DNA of 60,544 nucleotides, filler included, from Nemertoderma westbladi (taxonomy: Eukaryota > Animalia > Xenacoelomorpha): NCBI GenBank assembly GCA_032718475.1. It is 3 parts of 3 records of this genome, joined end to end, with 100 filler letters (N's around TTAATTAATTAA, not from the genome) between each part and the next. Parts side by side here need not be neighbours in the genome. Positions count along the whole stretch, not along the records: positions 51,517 to 60,544 come from JAUCBJ010002980.1; 2 more parts are not named here. One strand, 5' to 3'. This document shows positions 51,531 through 60,544 of the stretch, in pieces; position 1 is the stretch's first letter, and each line of letters opens with the position of its first letter. Under the pieces are notes generated by a model, which ran no database searches, was not told the DNA's origin, and was given only the letters and a program-made list of their open reading frames with translations. The translations under genes were made by a program, and so were the position numbers.

Positions 51531-52358
51531 TAGGGTTCGATCGGTGCCAAAATTTTGCCGGTGCCGGTGCCGGTGCCGGTGTCACATTGTAAATGCCGGT
51601 GCCGGTGCCGGTGCCGGTGTTTTTAAATGTTTAGCAATTGGTGTAATTCTGTTTGAAATTCTGACAGAAAAATTCTGACCTGTAATATACAATAATATAT
51701 GATATATCTTGGAGTACCAGCTGCCACAGCAATATCATACAGTCATAAGCCTACTGATATATCTGTTGTATAGGCCTATAGCAATATACTGATATCAGGA
51801 TATAGGCACACAAAGACAAACTAATGAGTAAAAGTAGGCCTACCGCTACAGGTAACAGTACCTACCAGCATACTGACCTATACAGCTATACCTGTCTGCC
51901 TGTATACAGCTATCAGGCTATATACTGACTGACAGACTGATATAGCTTAAGCGTCTGAGCTTATAATAACATCAACAGTATAAATATAATACAGGCTGAC
52001 CGCTGACCCTGACAGTACCGTATATCATCACAATCACAAACTACTGCACTACACTACCAGACTACCACTCAGCCACTATCTGACTATCACTACTGCACTA
52101 GACTGCTAGACCAGTCCAGTACCGACAGACCGATAGACAGTCAGGCAGCTTCAGCTATAGCCTTGTAGCTGACTGATAGCTTAGCCAGACCGTCTGCAGT
52201 ACCGGTACCGGTACTGTAGTAGGCTTCAATTTGAACATCAGCAAATAATTTAAAAAAACACCGGCACCGGCAATGTTTTTGCCGGTGCAGGTGCCGGTGC
52301 CGGTGGTGCCAAACACCGGCAATACCGGTGCCGGTGCCGGTGCACCGATCGAACCCTA
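51531..52358. mobile_element. Non-autonomous hAT element
   Basis: TIRs TAGGGTTCGATCGGTGC and GCACCGATCGAACCCTA; perfect 8-bp TSD GTCAGGAG at 51523-51530 and 52359-52366; (CCGGTG)n subterminal repeats. Confidence 0.92.
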
Positions 52359-53696
52359 GTCAGGAGTTATTCATTTATGTTAAATCATAAATCCAAGCTG
52401 CTAAGCCAACCTAGGCCTAACCAATTCTGCAATTAGTGAACTACCTACCACTTACAGACTTATACCACTTAAACTACAGAACTAATTAACTACTGAACTT
52501 CACAACTGACAACACAAAGTCTATTATAGTAGGCCCACAGTGTAGTACATGTAGTAAGCCAGAAAGCCTAGCTGCCTAGGTCTATTACAGATACAGTATT
52601 AACTGTTAACAGACGAATTGCATGTTTTACGTTGGTGTAGCACTGTAGCTTTAGGTTAGTTTCCTTACTGCTGTGAACTGAGTTATAGTTCATATGCGTA
52701 CCTCTGGTATTTTCGTATTAAATAAGACATAATAAGACTATAAATATAAGACTATAAAATAAGACTATAAGTATGAAATACCCTATGTTATTGAGATATT
52801 GTTTATTGTTTTGGTTAGAAAAGCCCACCACTGTAACCTGCTCCTTTCCGTTAATTAAGTAATGGAGATTAGTTTATTGTTTTGGTTAGAAAACACCACT
52901 ACTGTAACCTGCTTCTTTTGCCAGAGGTACGCATATGAACGATAACCGTGAACTGCTTTAGACATGAATGCATGAGAATATATACAGAATACAGATATAG
53001 GGTTATAGCGACGGGGCAGTAGACTAGCCAATAAAAATGCGTCATATAAGGAACCGAAAAATAAACTAAAGTCAGAAAGTTAACATGGTTCAAGATAGTT
53101 GGATAGTAGGCCTACCGGTAATTAATGGGCAGATGGGGCAAAATTATTACCGGTACATCAGTACATACTGACATAGGCCTATTGTTTTGCCTGTACACCT
53201 GTAGTAGGCCCTAGATTGCATTGCCATCCTGATGGGGGGGGGGGGGGGGGGGGTTATTGATAATTTTAGGCCCTACCGCCCTACAGGCTACAGCCTGACA
53301 GCCCTAGTACAGTAGTAGCAGGTGTTTTAACTCAACATTCCGGCTTCTATTGATTCTGTGATTGACAGGGTCGGGTCACCCATACCCCACACATTCTGCC
53401 ATTACAGTCTGACAGTATTCTGCCGATTCCGGTATTATGGCAATGCAGAGTGGGCAGCCAATACATTCTGACTATGTTTTAAAAGTCCATGACCATGAGT
53501 GATGTCTGCATGCACACTATCTGCACTACAGTACACCTGTACAGTACACAGTCAATATCTCAATCCTACAGTAATTAAGTCTATCATATGTAAAACACTA
53601 TGCTACTGGCTACAGTCCATGCAGTCAGCCCTGTCGTACCAGACAGTGCTACAATAATAATATATGTAACATGTAATATTTAACCCTAACTCAACT

Positions 53697-54934
53697 GGTA
53701 CATGCTAAAAAGTAGAATGAGCTAGTAATGATCTAGAATGAACTAGAATGATATAGAATCACCTAGAATGAGCTATGAGGAGATGATAGAATGCAATACC
53801 GACCTATACCGAGCTATAACAAGATCAGATACAAATCGCACCTAGACTGAGCTACAATATCGGGACGTAATGAAGAACAATACCAACCTACAGTATAACG
53901 AGGTATAATACCGACCAAAATCGAGCTATGACAAGATAATATCAACCTATACCGAGCAAAATATGAGATAATGCAGAGGTTTATCGACCTATACTGAGCT
54001 ATACAAATAATGATAAATATGCCTGAATAAATAATGACAATAATGATAAATATTTCGTTTCATATTATTTCATCTTATTAAAACTAGATAGGCCTAGCGG
54101 CTCGTTAAGAAACCAACATAATACTATCTGATATAACTTTGTATATGTACAGTAGTAAACCCCTGTCTCTTCATTTTAACCTGTCTTTTCATTTTAATAA
54201 CATTAATTGTCGCAGAAATCGTTAGAGAAAGACCAATCGGAGCGTCCCGTTTGCAGAACCTTCGCCCCTTGGGTCTGAAAATTTGCGATTGATCTTAAAT
54301 TTGATGTACCTATGGTCAGAAAATTACGAAAATCGTTTTAAATTGATCATTCACTTCAATAGCATAGTTTACTTATAGAATTAGCACGTTATAGCTATGC
54401 ATTATTTTTATAGCTCAGTATAGGTCGATACACCTCTGTATTATATCACATATTTTGTTCGGTATAGATTGATATTATCTTGTTATAGCCCGGTATAGGT
54501 CGGTATTATCCCGACATCGCGACATCCCGACCCCTATTATCCCGACATTGTTCTTTAATATATCGTAATAGCTCGGTATAGGTCAGTATTATCTCGTTAT
54601 GGGTTGGTATTGTTATTCATTACGTCCCTATACTGTAGCTCCTTCTAGGTGATTCGTATCTTGTTATAGCTCGCTATTGGTCGGTATTATACCTCGTTAT
54701 ACTGTAGGTTGGTATGGTATTATTCTTCATTACGTCCCGATATTGTAGCTCAGTATCTTATCTTGCTATAGGTCTCGGTATAGGTCGGTATTGCTTTCTA
54801 TCATCTTCTCATAGCTAATTCTAGGTGATTATTAGGTCATTCTACAGTATATCATTCCAGCTCATTCTAGGTCATTCTAGATCATTCTAGGTCATTCTAG
54901 ATCATTCTAGCCATTCTACTTTTTAGCATGTACC
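53697..54934. mobile_element. Foldback-type non-autonomous DNA transposon (possibly MULE)
   Basis: TIRs GGTACATGCTAAAAAGTAGAATG and CATTCTACTTTTTAGCATGTACC; ctagaatga and accgacctata subrepeats mirrored over several hundred bp; flanks aactcaact and aactccaac. Confidence 0.78.
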
Positions 54935-55494
54935 AACTCCAACCACCTTAAGTTCAAAGTCATGGATAAGGAATGATAGCGATAGGCGTGTAGGCAGATA
55001 CGACAGGTCTATGGCTCATCGATATCGAATGCTATCTGGCTTCGATTTTATGAGTTTGGATTATTGTAGTGTATTCCCGTGTCACAGAACATGGAGAAAC
55101 ACAAATCAGTCATTTATCAAATGCTTAGAAATAAACATATAAAAACGTGCCTGGCGTTTATATGTTTGTTGTATGTTGCTTATGTGTTATTTATAAAATT
55201 TTGTATATTTCCACGTTTACTTAGTAGATTTTGCAAGTAACCCTTAAATAGTTTATAAATTTAACTGTGGCGCCACACATCTAATTTGATTTGCTAAAAT
55301 GTTTAATAGAGATCTGTGCTTTGTCAGTGTGAGTAGGCCCCTGCCCTATATAGTGTAATTTAGGAAATTTTGTATGTTTTGAAAATTATTTGTATATTTT
55401 TCTGTGGTTCCAAACAGCCAACGATTTGATTGGATGAAATTAGTAAACACGACTGGGACGAGTTATGAAGTTAGGTAACCTCTTGGGAGAACTA

Positions 55495-55620
55495 GGACAA
55501 TTGACCCCGAACAATTGCCCCTCGGACAATTGCCTCCCGGAAAATTGCCCCTCGATAATAATTGCCACCCGAGGGCAATTGCCCCCCGGAAATATTGCCC
55601 CCCGCACAATTACCCCTCGA
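55495..55620. repeat. ACAATTGCCCC subrepeat cluster, probably a DNA-transposon terminus
   Basis: About eight degenerate copies of (gg)acaattgcccc; partner end not found. Confidence 0.5.
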
Positions 55621-56221
55621 TATTTATTTAATGAATATAATATTTATTATAGAACATTATTTAATGAATATAATTTAAAGCTTGAAATCCTTTGAATGTT
55701 CTCCTATAGTTTTATTAAATTCAAGTAGGTAATATTAACCTTATCAACACTTCTAAACTTTAAATTTTTATGTTTTTTTCGAAAATTCCAAGATTTTTTC
55801 TTGAACAATCTAAACGCAAAATGTGACTTTTTGAATTTAAACAAACTATCAAATCAGTATACAAAATCAATTGCAAGTATTTATATGTTTTTCTAAACGC
55901 AAAATGCCTATTTGAATTTCAACAAACCATTAAATCCATACAAAATCCTTAGCAAGTATTTGTTTTTAAGCGCCGAATATGCTATTTCTAATTTTAAAAA
56001 TTATTAAATGCTTACTAAACATTTAGTAGCATTTGTATGTTTTGCAACAGTCTAGATTGATCTAAATGTGTACTTACTGTATAATTTAATAAATACTTCT
56101 ACAGTAAATACTTATTGTGCTTGTGCACATATAAAATTATCTAAATTCCACATGCTTTCTAAATTTTCGAGTGTTGCTCTATAAATGCTTCCGACTACTA
56201 CAGTACTACTATATATAATCG

Positions 56222-56976
56222 GCCTGCTGCATTGAAACTGCACATTGAGATGCTATGCCAGGGCCAACTTAACAAAAACATTTTGTCACCATCATGCTAT
56301 GCCGGCTTATCAAGAAAGTTTCAACGCCACCGCCCTTACATGAATAATATCCCACATGTCTTTTGCGAGATTATCCGCATCTTCAAGGGGCGTCTCACGA
56401 AATTAATGGGCTGTCCACCATGCTCATTTTCTACATGGGGCTGCGGCTACCAAAGCACAAGATTGTGCAAAGGCTGGTCCTCACAGCGAAAATAAAGTCC
56501 TGCAAAGCGGAGGCGGCTTTGTTCTAGTGTCAAGCTTGGGGAACCAATGAGACACCTCCGATGTTATAAGTGTCTGGTTGGAGATGTGTGTGCATTGTGA
56601 CAGTGACTCGATGTGGACGTAGCATTCATGTAAATGTGCCATCCAGAGATTTGGTGTCCTCAGCAGTTAGAGCCCAGCATGGACTCCCATATATAATTGT
56701 CAAAATATTGTCCTTTTATGAGTTAACAAAAAGACCAACACTAGAAGCAGCCTGTTCTAATGAGCTGAGGGGCCGTTGGGCTCCCTCTAGTGATTCTAAG
56801 AGTACTCCTAAGTCATCAGCAAAGTCTAGATCAGATAGGTACCGGTACTATTATTTTCTCGACTTCTGGAGCCAGTAGGTGGAGTACCATCACCCCATCA
56901 TCATTATGATGATCTAAGGACATGCGTAGAACATAGTCAACCACAATAATGTACAAGAATGGTGCAAGTGTGTCTC
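56222..56976 (-). mobile_element. Rearranged RTE-like LINE fragment, copy D
   Basis: Diverged 3' part, plus 56713-56976 which is nearly identical to part of copy B. Confidence 0.8.
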
Positions 56977-56979
56977 AGA

Positions 56980-57105
56980 AGCTATTTCAGAACCACAAAA
57001 CTTACCTAGAGTGGAACCACGGAGCTATTTCAGAACCACAAAACTTACCTAGAGTAGAACCATGGGGCTATTTCAGAACCACAAAACCTACCTAGAGTGG
57101 AACCA
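56980..57105. repeat. 43-bp tandem repeat, three copies
   Basis: gctatttcagaaccacaaaacttacctagagtggaaccacgga starting at 56981, 57024 and 57067. Confidence 0.9.
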
Positions 57106-58916
57106 CTACTACTACTACTAGGATCGGCATGCTGCATTGCAGCTGCATTTTTAAGAATGCTGTGCCGGCTTGTCAACAAAATTGCACCGCCACAACTCCC
57201 TATCACCCATGACATTTGCTAGATCATACGCATCTTTAAGGCCAGTGTCCTTTAAGATGCGTCTCAAGAAAGTCATGGACTGTCCACCATGCTTATTCAC
57301 TCCATGAGGCTGCCAAAGTACAAGATTATGCACTGGCTGGTCCTCACGGCGAAAGCAATGTCCTGCAAAGCGGAGGCGATTTTGTTCTAGTGTCAAGCTT
57401 GGGGGAACCAATGAGACACCTCCAATGTTATATAGTGTCTGGTTGGAGATGTGTGCATTGTACTTGACACAATGAACCCGGCGTAGCATTCTTGTGAATG
57501 TGCCATCCAGAGATTTGGTGTCCTCAGCAGTTAGAGCCCAGCATGGACTCCCATAGAGGAGTACTGGAACTACTGCTGCTCTAAATAATCGGACCTTAAG
57601 TTTCCGATTAATTCTCGGTGACTTCCAAATCCTGGAAAGCCTATTCAAGGCTGCCCATGCCTTTCCCTTACGTATTCGAAGGTCCTCACCTGACTTCCGG
57701 ATCCATGATCCCAGGTAACAGAAGTCGTCCACATGCTCAAGCATACCATCCTTTGAGCTTATGCTCATCCGATCAGAGACTTGCTGAGGACTTTCAAAGT
57801 TAACTGTCAGAATTTTGGTCTTTCTGGAGTTAATAAAAAGACCAACACTAGAAGCAGCCTGTTCTAATGAGCTGAGGGGCCGTTGGGCTCCCTCTAGTGA
57901 TTCTGAGAGTACTCCTAAGTCATCAGCAAAGTCTAGATCAGATAGGTACCGGTACTATTATTTTCTCGACTTCTGGAGCCAGTAGGTGGAGTACCATCAC
58001 CCCATCATCATTATGATGATCTAAGGACATGCGTAGAACATAGTCAACCACAATAATGTACAAGAATGGTGCAAGTGTGTCTCCCTGGAATAACAATTCG
58101 AATGGTTCTGTGTCACCGTCAACAGCAGACACAAATGTCGTCGAACCATCGTATACTGATCTGATTGCTGCAATAATTTCATTATAAAAAATATAAAGAG
58201 AGTACTTGCTGAACATACGTGAGCGACAGACTGAATCAAAGGCCTTGAAGAACTCCAATTATCCTTCTAAGTGCCAAAATGGGCTCCATGGTCCGGTCAT
58301 CCCACGACCATTACGGAACCCATTCTGATTTCCACCAGCAATTCCAGGGATCCCTGATGCGATATAATATAATTATATTGTATAGCTTTACAGGGATCGC
58401 GATCAATGAGGTTCCCCGAAAAGAACCATACTGTAGAGTGTTAGGTTGCCCTTCTTGGGAACTGGCACCAACTTATTTGTTTTCATTTCTTGTGGGACTC
58501 TTATCGTTCGGTACATGTCTACTATGATGGGATAAATGAGCTTTAAACACTCAGGTATTTTAAAGACCTCATTAATGTTCTTTGCAGCAGCCTTCACTTC
58601 TGCAAAGGAGATATCGCCAATGGGAATATCTGAGAGTACAGACTCAGACACTTTTACTTCTACAAAGTTATCAGGCATTACCCTGTCATTTATTGAGGAG
58701 CGTTTCAAAGTGGGCCTTTCAACCATTGGGGCAATCGGCTGGTGATTCTGCCATAACATTGGTGGTTGTTTGCCTTTTCCACCCAGTCCGCAAGTTGATC
58801 GATTTCCATGCCTGGGATGATTGTCTGCTGTACACGGCATCATTGATGGCATCAACATCGTTTATATCAACATCGTAATCGTTTATATACTCCTGTAGAT
58901 TAACAGAGTACTGCCT
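57105..58916 (-). mobile_element. 5'-truncated degenerate RTE-like LINE, copy B
   Basis: ORFs 57151-57768, 57938-58258 and 58403-58858 match copy A; (TAG)n tail. Confidence 0.92.
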
Positions 58917-58980
58917 AATACTTTGTATACAATACCGACAACAGTAGAATAAATAAAATAATTAAAATAATAGTTTTATA

Positions 58981-60054
58981 CTACTGTACTAGGATCGGCA
59001 TGCTGCATTGCAGCTGCATTATATATACTGTATATATTAGGCCCCTACATATACAGTATATTAAGAAAGCTTTGCCGGCTTGTCGAAAAAATTGCACCCC
59101 CACAATCCGCTATCTCCCATAATATTTGCTACTGTAGATCATCCGCATCTTCAAGGCCAATGTCCTTTAAGATGCGTCTCAAGCAGTTTCGTTGGGGAAA
59201 TCTCTCAATTTAATGTCGCCATCACCATGGCGACAATCGCGATATCCAATATAAACTTGACTATTATCGGGATTATTTAAACTCTACCTACATACTGTAC
59301 TACTAGGATCGGCATGCTGCATTGCAGCTGCATTTTTAAGAATGCCGTGCCGGCTTATCGACCAAATTGCACCGCCACAACTCCCTATCACCCATGACAT
59401 TTGCTAGATCATCCGCATCTTCAAGGCCAGTGTCCTTTAAGATGCGTCTCAAGAAAGTCATGGGCTGTCCACCATGCTTATTCACTCCATGATGCTGCCA
59501 AAGTACAAGATTATGCACTGCCTGGTCCTCACGGCGAAAGCAATGTCCTGCAAAGCGGAGGCGATTTTGTTCTAGTGTCAAGCTTAGGGGAACCAATGAG
59601 ACACCTCCAATGTTATATAGTGTCTGGTTGGAGATGTGTGCATTGTACTTGACACAATGGCGTAGCATTCTTGTGAATGTGCCATCCAGAGATTTGGTGT
59701 CCTCAGCAGTTAGAGCCCAGCATGGACTCCCATAGAGGAGTACTGGAACTACTGCTGCTCTAAATAATCGGACCTTAAGTTTCCGATTAATTCTTGGTCA
59801 CTTCCAAATCCTGGAAAGCCTATTCAAGGCTGCCCATGCCTTTCCCTTGCGTATTCGAAGGTCCTCACCTGACTTCCGGATCCATGATCCCAGGTAACAG
59901 AAGTCATCCACATGCTCAAGCATACCATCTTTAGAGCTTATGCTCATCCGATCAGAGACTTGCTGAGGACTTTCAAAGTTAACTGTCAAAATATTGGTCT
60001 TTCTGGAGTTAATAAAAAGACCAACACTAGAAGCAGCATGTTCTAATGAGCTGA
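58981..60054 (-). mobile_element. Two further 3' RTE-like LINE pieces (58981-59183 and copy C at 59299-60054)
   Basis: Same 3' UTR and tail; ORFs 59336-59668 and 59798-59989. Confidence 0.88.
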
Positions 60055-60544
60055 TGAGGGATTCATGATGAGGGATTCTTACATACGGTACTGTAAATCT
60101 AATCTAACTATTTGATTTTTTATTCACATACTGTACGTACATACTCTACCTACACATCTTACTACATACTGTAATACAGTATGTGTACTGTAACACATAT
60201 TACAGTATGTTGAAAGAAATGTTACTGTAAAATAAATAGTTCCAAGAAAAATGTTTGTAGTGAAGGTCAGCTCAAGATGCTATTAAAATATAAGATAAAG
60301 AATATGGTGATAAAAATTGAAATTATTTTGAATACTACTGTAATAACCGATAAATAGTAGGCTGGTAGTTCAACAAGGCTGTAAGGGGATTGATTCATTT
60401 AAACCCAGAGACGTCTATAAAGCTACAGTAGGTTGTATTGAATCCCCCGTTGATCAAGGGATTCATTTAAACCTACAGTAGGTTAGAATGAATCCCCAGT
60501 CAAGTGAGTCTTTTTTCAGGGGGTTCAATAGAAACTAGCATACC

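Overview
Repeat-rich, AT-rich eukaryotic (most likely invertebrate animal) DNA with GT-AG introns. It comprises three contigs joined by two 100-bp N-gaps that carry an artificial TTAATTAATTAA linker. Host genes are an intronless ARMT1/DCPH1 (DUF89), the first three coding exons of ATG16L1, an intronless ZNF622/Rei1, and two tandem intronless BED-finger paralogs. Mobile DNA includes several RTE/RTEX-type LINE copies, a THAP/P-element transposase interrupted by an IS3EU-like foldback element, an EnSpm/CACTA-type element carrying an intact 5-exon accessory gene, MULE, hAT and Harbinger non-autonomous elements, a tRNA-derived SINE and a CRE-type endonuclease fragment. Four observations stand out. 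(1) A ~7-kb, ~145-copy tandem array amplifies the 3' end and splice donor of ATG16L1 exon 3, so most units read AG|30-nt in-frame module|GTAAGT. (2) Short TA-flanked insertions resembling Tc1/mariner excision footprints are common and can be demonstrated by comparing LINE copies. (3) The BED paralogs are homogenised up to the middle of the zinc finger and diverge after it. (4) A ZNF622 3'-end fragment lies directly behind one BED paralog. All calls come from reading the sequence; no searches were run and copy numbers are estimates.
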